Assembly (NCBI GenBank): GCA_964347615.1
Contig: CAYFZO010000006.1
Coordinates: 4,126-68,125, forward strand
DNA from: an uncultured Chromatiales bacterium
GTDB taxonomy: Bacteria; Pseudomonadota; Gammaproteobacteria; Poriferisulfidales; Oxydemutatoraceae
Reading direction: 5' to 3'
DNA length: 64,000 bases
Within the stretch, counting starts at the first letter, position 1. The number at the start of each line of letters is the position of its first letter. Below the pieces are notes generated by a model. The model did not search any database, was not told the DNA's origin, and saw only the letters and a program-made list of their open reading frames with translations. Made by a program: the position numbers and the translations under genes. Below, piece after piece: positions 9,381 through 19,159 of this stretch.

Positions 9381-11105
9381 TCACCGCGGAACGTAGTGCG
9401 GGTAAGTCGGAATCTCTCCTTGCAGATGGCGTGCAAGCAGTCGTGTCTGCACTTCGATCAGGCGGCGCATGGAGACACGATAACCGAAAAGCGGATGCGT
9501 TGTTTCCTGTTCCATGCGACGTTCGAAAGCGGCAATGAGCGCCTTGTTCCTGCCGGGCTTCAGCGAACAGGCGGGGCCGTTGAAAACGAAGTCGCTCGGC
9601 TTGACCTCGCCGTTGTTGACGGCTTGGATGACGCAGGAGTCGGCGACAATCGGGCGGAACGGCTCCATCAGGTCAAGCGACAGGGCCGGACGGCCGTGAC
9701 GCGGGCGGTGATAGAAGCCCATGTAGGGGTCGAGCCCCACGGACGAGATCGTCGCGGTGAACGCGCGTACCAGCAGAGCGTAAGCGAGCGACAGCATCGC
9801 ATTCACGGGGTCGGTGGGCGGGCGGCGGTTGCGGGTTGAAAAGGAAAACGTCGCCAGGCCTTCCTTGGCTTCCGTCGAGAGCATGTTCTCAAAACGGGCG
9901 AAGTAAATCGACGCCGCCTCACCTTCCATGCCGAGCAGCTGCTGGGCATCCCGGGCGCGGGACGTCCCCTGAGCGATCTGCTTCAACCGGTTCAGATCCT
10001 CGTTCTTGGCGCTCGTGTCCCGATCGCTTCGCCAGTTCCGCCGCAACATGGTGCGGGAGTTCCTGACTTTCGCCGCGACCAGGTCACGCGAGAAAGCGAG
10101 ACAGCGACGCTCGTCGAAGGCGGTCCGATACTGCGCCTCACGCACGGCGACGTTACCGTTCCCGGTGCTGACGGTGTGCCCGAGAAACCAACCCCCGGTG
10201 GAGAACCACGCCACCGGAATCCCGTCGCGCATCAGCTCGTGCAAGGCGGGCGTGGTCACGGAAATCGGGCCGAACAACGCAACCTGGGAAACCTCGATCA
10301 AGGGAACCTCGACCACTTCCTCCTTGGTCTCGACAACCAGCCGGTCGCCGCTCTTGCGTAAGTACGCGCCGGGCGATTGCACGTAAAGAGGAAGAGCCGG
10401 ATCGTCGGAAGGATTGAGCGGACGCGGCGGATGTCCCTTGCGGAACAGGTTGGTCTCATCCGGCAGACAGATGCCGGCGAGAGAGCAACGAGGACATTTG
10501 GGGCTGTTCTCAAGCGGCGGCGGACGCTTCCCGGAAACGGCGGCGGCGCGCAAACCGGAAATCGCCTCCAGCGTACGGGCGCGCAGCTCATCGCTGAGCG
10601 CAACCGGGACTTTCTCGCGTGAGCCTGCGTACCAGAGCGCTCCCTGCTTCACCTTGTAACCGTTGTCCTCCAGGATCATCGCCTGAGCGCAAACCTGAAC
10701 CCGCTCCGGCTCATACGCACCCGCATCCACGTGGGGCCGCTTGCCCTTCTTGAAGTCCACGGGTATCACGGCGCCTCCATCGGCCTCCACGACGTCCATC
10801 TTGGCGATGACGCCGAGACGTTCGGACGACAGCGTAACGGAACGCGCCTGCGCCATATCTCCATCGAGGTCATCGGGCAGGGGCAGACGCCCCTCTCCCT
10901 TGTCAACCCGGGTATGGGTGCGCTTCCCCTCGGCGGTGTCCCCGCTCTCGGCCCACTCGCCCTCGACCCACTCCAGGTAGGCCAGCCGAGGGCAGTAGAT
11001 CCACTCGTTGATCATCCGCGCAGGCACCAGCGAGGCGTCGGCGTCTGCAGAAGGCGGGGGAATTGCGAGGGAGAATTGGTTGTCGGGGTGTTTCCGTTTA
11101 GACAT
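9381..11105 (-). CDS. cas4-cas1: Cas4-Cas1 fusion protein
   Basis: The N-terminal half has a RecB-like nuclease motif ('EWIYCPRLAYLEW') and a Cys cluster ('CPRCSLAGIC'), which is Cas4-like. The C-terminal half is Cas1-like ('GFYHRPRHGRPALSLDLMEPFRPIVADS'). A Cas4-Cas1 fusion is a hallmark of type I-U/I-G and V-B loci. Confidence 0.88.
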   Translation of the reverse strand: MSKRKHPDNQFSLAIPPPSADADASLVPARMINEWIYCPRLAYLEWVEGEWAESGDTAEGKRTHTRVDKGEGRLPLPDDLDGDMAQARSVTLSSERLGVIAKMDVVEADGGAVIPVDFKKGKRPHVDAGAYEPERVQVCAQAMILEDNGYKVKQGALWYAGSREKVPVALSDELRARTLEAISGLRAAAVSGKRPPPLENSPKCPRCSLAGICLPDETNLFRKGHPPRPLNPSDDPALPLYVQSPGAYLRKSGDRLVVETKEEVVEVPLIEVSQVALFGPISVTTPALHELMRDGIPVAWFSTGGWFLGHTVSTGNGNVAVREAQYRTAFDERRCLAFSRDLVAAKVRNSRTMLRRNWRSDRDTSAKNEDLNRLKQIAQGTSRARDAQQLLGMEGEAASIYFARFENMLSTEAKEGLATFSFSTRNRRPPTDPVNAMLSLAYALLVRAFTATISSVGLDPYMGFYHRPRHGRPALSLDLMEPFRPIVADSCVIQAVNNGEVKPSDFVFNGPACSLKPGRNKALIAAFERRMEQETTHPLFGYRVSMRRLIEVQTRLLARHLQGEIPTYPHYVPR

Positions 11106-11222
11106 ACAGATTTTCTACTACCGTTAAAGCTCCGCCTACAAAGTAAATTTTCAAGGAAGTGAATTTAGGCTAGAAATACCCTCTAGCTGAAATTTGTATG
11201 ACTAACCTGTTAGTAAGATTGG

Positions 11223-13415
11223 TCAACTCACGCCAACAAACAACCCACCACCAAAATGCATTGTTCGGCCCAAAAGAATTGGTCCTTTTACGGCAAGAGA
11301 GAATGTTAAGCGGGCATAGACTTCAAGTCCACCACGAGGACCATGAATAATACGAAGGCACTCTACCTTAGGCTTCGGTAACCCATGGCGACCAAGTTCT
11401 ACAAGTATGTCCTCTGCTACCGCCGTCTCAGGTTTTGTACGCTTGGGGTGACGCGTAGGGCGATAAGGTGTCAAGCTTTCCCAAACTCTTGCTGGGCGAA
11501 AAAGCGGATCTTCGAGGGAAACTGGCATACGGACAAGTTGCAGACGTCCTGCAGAACCAGCACGAAGCTCACTGAACTCTGCTAAAGCATCTTCTAAAAG
11601 CCCCAAGCATTCCTTGTATTCGTCACTCGGTTTATGGTGCTCCATTATGTGAGGGGAAATAACTAGTAGTCGCTGACGAGGCAAATCAGCCAAGAAAGCA
11701 ATATGTCTGTGGTTGCCACCACGCAAGGGAGAGCCATTCATTTTATGGCCTGTGAAGAATGGATGTAAAGAAGCCTGTCCTCTCTTAGCTTGTACCTGAG
11801 CCATAACAGCACGCCGCAAAGCACGGGTCAGAACACTCGGAATTTTCTTTCTCAGCCCGCTAACGATAGCAAAGGCATGTATGCTACAAACCTCATCTTT
11901 ATTCGGGACCATTAACCCAAGTCCCTGAAAACGTCCATCTCCTAGAATAAGCGGCCCTGACACAGGTTTCTGGAAAGTAAGTTTCACATGCCAAAGGGCG
12001 TGCTTCGAAAACCGTGTCCCCACAGCAAATGCTTCAGCTTTTGTTCCCTGAACCGCATAAGGTTCTCGTTGAACCTGTACAGCATTTGGCCTGATATTGA
12101 TATTTGCATGACGAAGCGCCGAAAACACGGCGCGACAAGCAGAATCTTCCTCAAGAATTCGCTCTTTCCCTCCCTTTCTTTCATCAGCCAACTTGTCAGG
12201 ATCAATTCGTCGGCGCTGAATGGGAAGCGCTAGAGGAGTCTCTGAACGCCAAATCGATGCCTCATGATAGTAACGCTCAAACATAGTATGGTTTGTCGCT
12301 GGAACCAACATTGGTAAGGTACCTTTCACTCCATCGGATTTGCTTTCTTCTGCAAGTGGGGAAATTCCATTGAAAGCCCATTCGAGATCATCCACACGAA
12401 GCGGACAATTAGCTGGAATTTCAACGGCAATACGGCGAATTGCTCGATCTCCCTGATATCTAAGTGTCGGAACAGCAAAAACACGAACTCGCCGAAAAGC
12501 ATCAAGACTGCTAGCGTTACGACCGATAAGGAATTTTTCTATAGCCTCCTTTTTATCTGGCAACGAATCAATAAGTTTTTTAGCGGCAAACCGAATCACT
12601 CGCTGAACCAAAAAGCCAGCCTGAGCAGGATCGAAAGATTTTAATTGACTTTTTGTCAGAGAACGTATTTCATAGTGGAGTCGAACTGGCGGAGTGTTGT
12701 AGCGTATTTGCACAAATCTTGGCTGATTCGGAAACATCAATTCAGCTTTTCCTTGATTCGGCGAAGCTCTCAAACGATTAAGAAATGCCTCATAGCGAGA
12801 CTGCAAACTATCAAGCGAACCTTCTGTGGGAGTAGCATAGCCACCTTCCCCTTCCCCTATCGGGCGATAAATTTGGCCGCCGTGCGCCGAAATCATTGCC
12901 GCAGTATCTTCTTCCGTTAAAACTTGGGTCTCTGCCCAAGCAAAATCAACACCTCTCCCAAGTTGATATAAATGATTGGCTATCGCTTTCGTGCAATCCA
13001 TCATTTTTAGATTGTCTGTCTCTTCCCAAAGATAAATAACAGGGATTTCAGAATTGAATAACCACGACTGAGTGCGTTTAATGACTAGTGATTCTTTATA
13101 GGCCTTTTTATAGGCCTCTTTCGCACAGCGCGTGCTTTCTCGCGCGAGCTCTAGCGCAAGCAAGGTATCTAAATCATTATTCGGCATATAAGGATTAGAC
13201 GCTTTCTGTCGTTTAGCAAAGGGGGCTAAAATTGTTGGTGGCTTTTGGCGTTCCAGCCAAAGAAGAGCTTCCCTATCGTTATTATCTATTCTTCGCCCGA
13301 TAGAAGCAGCTGCAACAAATGCCTGAAAGAGCCGTGCAGGAGCAGGTGGCCAATCACCGGATCCGTGGTAGCGCCCCTCGTGAAATCTTATATGAACAGC
13401 AAGATTTTGTAACAT
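11223..13415 (-). CDS. csb2: Csb2-like protein (Cas5/Cas6-family fusion of the GSU0054 group). The Cas8u2/Csx17 alternative is not excluded.
   Basis: The N-terminal motif 'GRYHGSGDWPPAPARLFQAFVAA' resembles the conserved start of GSU0054/Csb2-family proteins, as far as I recall. It sits in the effector-module position between cas7 and cas4-cas1. The assignment rests on memory of the family motif, not a search. Confidence 0.5.
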   Translation of the reverse strand: MLQNLAVHIRFHEGRYHGSGDWPPAPARLFQAFVAAASIGRRIDNNDREALLWLERQKPPTILAPFAKRQKASNPYMPNNDLDTLLALELARESTRCAKEAYKKAYKESLVIKRTQSWLFNSEIPVIYLWEETDNLKMMDCTKAIANHLYQLGRGVDFAWAETQVLTEEDTAAMISAHGGQIYRPIGEGEGGYATPTEGSLDSLQSRYEAFLNRLRASPNQGKAELMFPNQPRFVQIRYNTPPVRLHYEIRSLTKSQLKSFDPAQAGFLVQRVIRFAAKKLIDSLPDKKEAIEKFLIGRNASSLDAFRRVRVFAVPTLRYQGDRAIRRIAVEIPANCPLRVDDLEWAFNGISPLAEESKSDGVKGTLPMLVPATNHTMFERYYHEASIWRSETPLALPIQRRRIDPDKLADERKGGKERILEEDSACRAVFSALRHANINIRPNAVQVQREPYAVQGTKAEAFAVGTRFSKHALWHVKLTFQKPVSGPLILGDGRFQGLGLMVPNKDEVCSIHAFAIVSGLRKKIPSVLTRALRRAVMAQVQAKRGQASLHPFFTGHKMNGSPLRGGNHRHIAFLADLPRQRLLVISPHIMEHHKPSDEYKECLGLLEDALAEFSELRAGSAGRLQLVRMPVSLEDPLFRPARVWESLTPYRPTRHPKRTKPETAVAEDILVELGRHGLPKPKVECLRIIHGPRGGLEVYARLTFSLAVKGPILLGRTMHFGGGLFVGVS

Positions 13416-13423
13416 AATTACGC

Positions 13424-14530
13424 TTATTGCTTATTTTTTTTACCTTTCCCTTTTTTGCTTTTATCCTCTTTTGCTTCCTCTACATCTTTCTTTGCTCGAC
13501 CTTTATCAAATTCAACTGACGGAGCTTTTTTCTCAACTCCAAAAAGTTCAGCTTTTTCTTTTGCGTAACTCAGTGCATCTTGATGAGAAAGGGTGATTTT
13601 TTTTCTTGTCCCATCTCGATAAACAAGTTCGCAAACTTCCTTGTCCTTGTCCTTACAGGCAGAGTCGAGTACTAGTAAACATCCAGACCGCAAAAAACCG
13701 TCGAAAGGCACTGTGGTCGAAACCAATGCAAGTCCTAGAATATAGGTACGAAGTGCGTCTACATTCTCCCCTCTCAAACGACGTAACGCTATCAAGTTTA
13801 AAGTAACGTCACGTCTGATTTCTTCAGCGATTATTCCACCGTGCTTCCCTACTGCGGGTACAGGAACATAACCACGCCGGGCAAGATCTCCCTCCTTCTC
13901 TTTACGCTCTTCTTCCGAAAAAACGCCTAGCTCATCATAGCTCAAAGAAGGAAAATACTGTGCTGACCGAGTAAGCTCGCTCACTCCAAACGCACGAATA
14001 ACCGATTGAACCAAACGAGGAAGTTTTGCCTGAGTATCACGGCTGTCCCAAACACCGAAAACTAGTGAAGTTGGAGCAAGCTTAGCAAGCTTTGTTACAT
14101 CGCCTTCATCCAGCAAGCTCTTAAAAGCAGCTTGTGCTCGTTCCTTAAGATCAGTGCTACGAATAACTGCATCACCTAACCTATGATGCGCCTCTAGAAT
14201 AGAAATAAATTTATCGCCCTCATAAGTAATCTCTATTTGAGGCACGAGATTTCGATATGGAGCTTGTGAGAATATTGGTTCGATTCGATTAGCCTGTGAA
14301 CCTACGCTATCGATAGATGCAACTTTTGTTCCGTCTTCTAGCGTATCAATGTTATAACCAGAATCTTTCCCAGGTGCAGACGCGTAAGTGGCAGGAAAAA
14401 TAGGTGCCCCTCGCCCTTCAACCGGAACTAACATTTGGCGTAAATGGAGTGCAACTGGTGCATTCTCACTATCGACATGCACCCAACTGTCACACTCTAG
14501 GCTCGTATTATTCCTATTTTTAGATGTCAT
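13424..14530 (-). CDS. csb1: Cas7 (Csb1/GSU0053-like)
   Basis: 368-aa protein in the backbone position of a I-U/I-G operon. 'PIFPATYASAPG...GYNID' resembles the Csb1 family. It is translationally coupled, with a 4-bp overlap, to the upstream gene. Confidence 0.55.
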   Translation of the reverse strand: MTSKNRNNTSLECDSWVHVDSENAPVALHLRQMLVPVEGRGAPIFPATYASAPGKDSGYNIDTLEDGTKVASIDSVGSQANRIEPIFSQAPYRNLVPQIEITYEGDKFISILEAHHRLGDAVIRSTDLKERAQAAFKSLLDEGDVTKLAKLAPTSLVFGVWDSRDTQAKLPRLVQSVIRAFGVSELTRSAQYFPSLSYDELGVFSEEERKEKEGDLARRGYVPVPAVGKHGGIIAEEIRRDVTLNLIALRRLRGENVDALRTYILGLALVSTTVPFDGFLRSGCLLVLDSACKDKDKEVCELVYRDGTRKKITLSHQDALSYAKEKAELFGVEKKAPSVEFDKGRAKKDVEEAKEDKSKKGKGKKNKQ

Positions 14531-15426
14531 TTTTTAGTCTCCTCAATAACGGTGGTTATCATGCGTATCTTGCTTCCTTGTCCAGGTTTATCAAGGAGCA
14601 TTCGGAAGCGACGAAGCAGCATACCAGAAATAAATGTTTTTTTTGCACCGAGAGCAGCCCGTAGAAAAACCGGCGGAAAAAGTCGCCCCTTATGCTTATT
14701 CATCGGTACCGCATAACGATACTCTAACCTTTTTACTCGCAGTGGCCTTGCATACCTCATCCCAATTGCGGCAAGCAACTCAACCACAGGGTAGCCGATG
14801 ATACTAATCTTTTTTTCCTGTTTCTTTGGAGTAAAACCAACGTCAATTTGAATATAACTCCTCCGGCAATCAAAGCCAAAGCTATTGGATTGCGGCGTAG
14901 AAAAAGCAAAAGGTTCATCCACTGCAACTTCTTTCCAATGCGACAGTATCAGCTGCTGCGCATCATGAGCAAGCATCGCACCGGGATAGCCGCACATCCC
15001 CGACCAAAATTTTGCTTTATCCCGCCTCGTTTCATCCCCCCAATAGTCAACGCAGATTTTAATATTATCTGCAGATAATTCTATTGGAAGAGTTGCTGGT
15101 TTCGTCGGATTGGGAAAAGGAAAAACGTTTTCTTGCCCGCGTTCTCTTTCCACAACCCATTTATTTTTCCATTTTTTTTGGCTTTCTGAGGTCCAGTTGG
15201 ACGGTTCAAGAACTTTAATTTTGGCATCTTTCAGAAAGCGAAGCGCACTTTCAACAGGGTCTTTATCGCCAGCCGTGCGTAAGCAAAATCGAGTGGCCGG
15301 GAAATCGGACCGATCAAATCCTCCTTCTGTATCACCCATCAGCACATCAGCTATCTCGACCAAACCGAGACAAGCAAAAACCTGACCAGGGTTAAATAAA
15401 TCTACTGGTATTTTTGACTCAGCCAC
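14527..15426 (-). CDS. Cas-associated protein in the large-subunit (Cas8u2/Csx17) position. It is unusually short at 299 aa and its identity is uncertain.
   Basis: Placement between cas3 and cas7, with overlapping stop/start on both sides. No motif recognised. Confidence 0.3.
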   Translation of the reverse strand: MAESKIPVDLFNPGQVFACLGLVEIADVLMGDTEGGFDRSDFPATRFCLRTAGDKDPVESALRFLKDAKIKVLEPSNWTSESQKKWKNKWVVERERGQENVFPFPNPTKPATLPIELSADNIKICVDYWGDETRRDKAKFWSGMCGYPGAMLAHDAQQLILSHWKEVAVDEPFAFSTPQSNSFGFDCRRSYIQIDVGFTPKKQEKKISIIGYPVVELLAAIGMRYARPLRVKRLEYRYAVPMNKHKGRLFPPVFLRAALGAKKTFISGMLLRRFRMLLDKPGQGSKIRMITTVIEETKK

Positions 15427-18136
15427 ATCCTGCCTCTTTCTTTGAAGCTATTTGATCAGCTGAACGTAATAATGCTTCCCACCAAGCGAGCCCCCATGGT
15501 CCCCATCTGTTTTGTAAACGCACATAACGCAGCGCCACTTCAAGTCCCTCATCTTCCAAAGATGAAGGCGGCATCTCATCACAACCTTGTATCGAAATCC
15601 CCGGTCGGGCATTACCATGGTGAGCGGTAATAAGGTGAAGCAAAAGATCCCTGTCCTCTTCATTAGATATGGCCTGAACTTCTGGACAATTCTTCGCAAA
15701 AAGAAAAGAGCCGAACTCATGACGATAACCTGCAAGCGCACGAGGGTTGCCTCGCAACGTCTTTGCATAAGGCCGGCCTTCGAGAGGAGCTGCCATTGCT
15801 TCCTGCCAACGCCGAGCTTTCTTTCCTTCATCATGCAACCGACCAGAAAGGGCCAGCAGGTGAATATATTTTTTCGGCAAGTCCAGCATCTTAGCAATTT
15901 TCTGAGCTTCTTGTTCAACATCAGCAGCGTGGTCAGCTAAAGAAATTGGCTTAGATGAAAGTGATGAGGTTTCATTTTCCCCTTCTTGGGGGGCTTTAAG
16001 AATTTGGGGGGCTTTAAGAATAATACTTAACCAAGAAAGCGGTTCTCCTTCAGTAAAACCTTCGATAAATCTATACGCTTCAAACTCCAAATCGTCTCCA
16101 TGACTCTCACCATCTTTATCCCTAGCTTGAATTTCGAAATCTATATCTTCCCAGCTCTCATCAGCAGTGCTGAAATTCGTACCTGCGCACCGAGTACGTC
16201 GAATTTCGAAATCTATCTCTGCCCAGTTCTCATCAGTGCCAGGCCTGTCAGCGGTCGAGGCAGAATCGTCTGCATCACCACTTAAAAGACCTTCAGGGCT
16301 TAATCCACCAAGATCAGAATGAACAACTAATACCGCTCCCATGAAACTATTTTTAAAATCTTTTTTTTCTTCCTTTTCTTTTTTATTCGTGGGGCTTGCT
16401 AGCTTTAGTAATTCGCCCAGTGTCAACTGTTTCTTGAGCTCATTACGCGTAGTTAGAACATACACTACAACCTCTTTCTTCTTTTCCTCTGAAAAGTCTT
16501 CACTTTTTGATAATACTTTATCTCGTGCTTTGGCTCGCTTACAAAGCCATTCGTGAGCATGGGATGCCTCAGTTTCCAAAATCTCTCTGATGTGCAGCCT
16601 CCCATGGCGAAAAAACGTTTCAACTTCATCACTCTCCACTTTGCCATTCCTCCGTCGAGGCAAGTAAGAGCGCCAAATAATTCGTGTTTGCTGCTCCTCA
16701 CTTTCCGACCAACCATAAAGCCAAGGATGCACTTCCGGACGACCAGTATGTTCCTGAAGTTCAGTCATCGCCCAAGCTTCAATCAGCGGCCGGGTAAGTT
16801 CAGGGTGAAGTGGCGGAGTGGTTGTTGCATCGCGTATTAATTCTGGTTGCGCATTCGAAACTTGCGATAAAGCATCAGGGCCGGCCTGAAAAACTCCATC
16901 CTCTACACAAGGTAGTTTTTTAAGAAGCTCTCTGACCGGTTTAAGAAGTACACCAGAGGGAGTGCTTTTCTCATTTTCATCGCAAACAACAATTTTTGCG
17001 GACCCATCCCCACAGCGATTAACTCGCCCGAGTCTCTGCACCATGCGTTCCCAGGCCACCAGATCCATCACTGCGTGATTAGCGTCAAGATCAACTCCAA
17101 CCTCACCTGCTGAGGTTGCAACAAGAAAAACATTGTCCTTAGGGATTCCGCCTGCTAAAAAACCATGACAACGTAGCTCTTCGTCCGCAATAGTTCGTTC
17201 ATGTACTCGCCGGGCACCAGTAAAAAGAATCACTTTCGTGTCACGCTTTTCACTCTTTTCATGCTTTTCAAGCTTGCTCTTCACTTTCTCCGCAATTTTT
17301 CGGCGGTCACAGTAGATTACACATTTCTGAGCATTGCCATCCATAATCTTAGAAGCTGCATCCACCATCTCATCTACTAGTTTTTCTTTTTCAACAGGGT
17401 GGATTGTCAAACTTTTTGTTGCCGCCATTCGGCGGGCAATTTCTGGGTTTTTACGATCTTCTTGTGAAAGAGAAAATTTTTCACCGTTGGTAGAATTAGT
17501 ATGCGTGGCTGATAAAGCAAGTAGTTGCAGACTTGGTCGTGGCAGTAATTCGGTTCCTTTTAAATCCGACTTAACCACTAGTGAGTCCATTAAAGATTCG
17601 AAAGCTGGCACGAGGTGAGCCTCGTCAAGCACGATAAGCGTATCGACCCCGAGGATGCCTGCGTGCAGAGGACGCATACGCCTTGACACACCGTACCCTT
17701 CAAATAAAAGCCGCGAGCCAATCATATCCACGGTGCCTATGATAATTCCGGGGCGTGCAGGATTCGCTCTCCAGCTCCCGGTATCTATGTGTTGCCCCCT
17801 TAGTTTAGACACCGCTATTCCGTCAGAGAACAGCGAGTTTTTAGAGAATGCTTGTTTCTCAATTATTTGTTGTTCTATGCGCTCAGCTTCAGAACTCGCT
17901 TGATCTACTACCGCACGACGGTTGACCACATACACCAATCTTCGAGGAACATGATTCTTAGCAGCTAGTGCAAGTAGCCAAATGTGTATGACTTTAGTTT
18001 TTCCCAGACCCGTGGGAATATCAACGATTCTTGGGATTTGCCCCTTGCAAAACTCATAATACAGTCTCTCTTGCCAAGGAAAAGGAACAATATCATCTGA
18101 TGCGTTTAGACAACGAAAACCTTCTAGGAAATTCAT
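15419..18136 (-). CDS. cas3: Cas3 helicase with a C-terminal HD nuclease domain (the I-U/I-G arrangement). It contains an internal tandem-repeat insertion.
   Basis: The N-terminal SF2 helicase has motif I 'DIPTGLGKTKV' and motif II 'VLDEAHL'. The C-terminus has 'RLHDEGK...ITAHHG', the HD motif. A C-terminal HD domain is characteristic of I-U/I-G Cas3. Confidence 0.9.
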   Translation of the reverse strand: MNFLEGFRCLNASDDIVPFPWQERLYYEFCKGQIPRIVDIPTGLGKTKVIHIWLLALAAKNHVPRRLVYVVNRRAVVDQASSEAERIEQQIIEKQAFSKNSLFSDGIAVSKLRGQHIDTGSWRANPARPGIIIGTVDMIGSRLLFEGYGVSRRMRPLHAGILGVDTLIVLDEAHLVPAFESLMDSLVVKSDLKGTELLPRPSLQLLALSATHTNSTNGEKFSLSQEDRKNPEIARRMAATKSLTIHPVEKEKLVDEMVDAASKIMDGNAQKCVIYCDRRKIAEKVKSKLEKHEKSEKRDTKVILFTGARRVHERTIADEELRCHGFLAGGIPKDNVFLVATSAGEVGVDLDANHAVMDLVAWERMVQRLGRVNRCGDGSAKIVVCDENEKSTPSGVLLKPVRELLKKLPCVEDGVFQAGPDALSQVSNAQPELIRDATTTPPLHPELTRPLIEAWAMTELQEHTGRPEVHPWLYGWSESEEQQTRIIWRSYLPRRRNGKVESDEVETFFRHGRLHIREILETEASHAHEWLCKRAKARDKVLSKSEDFSEEKKKEVVVYVLTTRNELKKQLTLGELLKLASPTNKKEKEEKKDFKNSFMGAVLVVHSDLGGLSPEGLLSGDADDSASTADRPGTDENWAEIDFEIRRTRCAGTNFSTADESWEDIDFEIQARDKDGESHGDDLEFEAYRFIEGFTEGEPLSWLSIILKAPQILKAPQEGENETSSLSSKPISLADHAADVEQEAQKIAKMLDLPKKYIHLLALSGRLHDEGKKARRWQEAMAAPLEGRPYAKTLRGNPRALAGYRHEFGSFLFAKNCPEVQAISNEEDRDLLLHLITAHHGNARPGISIQGCDEMPPSSLEDEGLEVALRYVRLQNRWGPWGLAWWEALLRSADQIASKKEAGCG

Positions 18137-18305
18137 AGTATAAAGTTAGCCTCACTTATCAATGCCATTAAATTTTTGGGCATTATATACATAAATATGT
18201 ATACCTCACTGGCGTTTACGCCGCCGCGCCTCGCGCACAAGGTAAGGCGTGCGCGGTTCCTAGTGCACCTTGAAAACCAGCGGCACGAGGTAGGATCCGG
18301 GGAGC

Positions 18306-18500
18306 TTACTCTGCATTCACCGCTGCCCATTGCTCCTCATTGAAAAGACAATACATATAGCCGCCCGCAACTGGCCAACAGGGCGTTGTTTCCATATCTA
18401 CCCCGCATTTCATTAACGCTTCCGCCGTTTTCGGATGTACACCAGCACAACCCGTTATGGTAACGAGCGTGACGAAAGAAATAGCTAAAGCTTTTTTCAT
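18306..18500 (-). CDS. Small putative lipoprotein
   Basis: 64-aa protein with an N-terminal signal peptide ending in the lipobox-like 'ITGC'. Confidence 0.35.
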   Translation of the reverse strand: MKKALAISFVTLVTITGCAGVHPKTAEALMKCGVDMETTPCWPVAGGYMYCLFNEEQWAAVNAE

Positions 18501-18517
18501 TTTTATCTCCTTGTTAA

Positions 18518-19141
18518 TTAAAAGGTATGCGCCTTGCCGTCGACAGACATGTAGGCTTCCAACTGAACGCGCGGAGACTTGCCTTTCTGCTTCGCTTCCA
18601 CGCCAGCTCGAGCAAACTTTTTCATTATTTCATTAATCTGCCATTCTTTGTACGGCTGATAGTGTTCTTTCATTGCTTCGATATAGGCCAAGATCCGGTC
18701 GGCGTCGTCTGGCCCGATGCAGCCTTTGTACTCCTTTCGCCTTGCATACCTGTCAACTTTTTCAGCAATGATTTGACTAATCTGCCTCATCAAATCTTTT
18801 CTTTCGCTGTTTCTTTTGGCGTCATGTTCTGCTGTTGCTTTTTCCCGTTGGGCTTCTTTTTCCGCCTTAAGCGAATCAATCAGTTTTGAGCAGCTTGTTA
18901 TATCCATTCCCTCAAGCCAATCCTCTACGGAACCGCGACAATCGGCAGCTGACGCTCCTAGCTTTTGGAATGAATCATCCATTATGTCTGTTGGGTATCC
19001 AGCCTCCTTAAGAAGAGCAAGTGCAAAGTCCACTTGAGCCTCCGTTGCTGGTCGGGTGTCTGCTGACTTCTCTCCAGAGAAAGCCTTAACAATTCCCCAT
19101 CCGATTGCAAGGATTATTACCCAAATTATTAAAGTTTCCAT
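18518..19141 (-). CDS. Membrane-anchored hypothetical protein
   Basis: The N-terminal TM helix is 'LIIWVIILAIGWGIV'. It is followed by a charged, coiled-coil-like region. No family recognised. Confidence 0.4.
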   Translation of the reverse strand: METLIIWVIILAIGWGIVKAFSGEKSADTRPATEAQVDFALALLKEAGYPTDIMDDSFQKLGASAADCRGSVEDWLEGMDITSCSKLIDSLKAEKEAQREKATAEHDAKRNSERKDLMRQISQIIAEKVDRYARRKEYKGCIGPDDADRILAYIEAMKEHYQPYKEWQINEIMKKFARAGVEAKQKGKSPRVQLEAYMSVDGKAHTF

Positions 19142-19159
19142 TTTGTGTTTACCTCTTTA

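Noticed and set aside
16100-17903. Plus-strand ORFs inside cas3 (16,100..16,285, 16,341..16,556, 16,553..16,840, 17,334..17,618, 17,655..17,903) and the minus-strand ORFs 15,448..15,921 and 16,465..16,716
   Set aside because: They lie antisense to, or out of frame with, a well-supported cas3 coding sequence. They have low complexity and no motifs.
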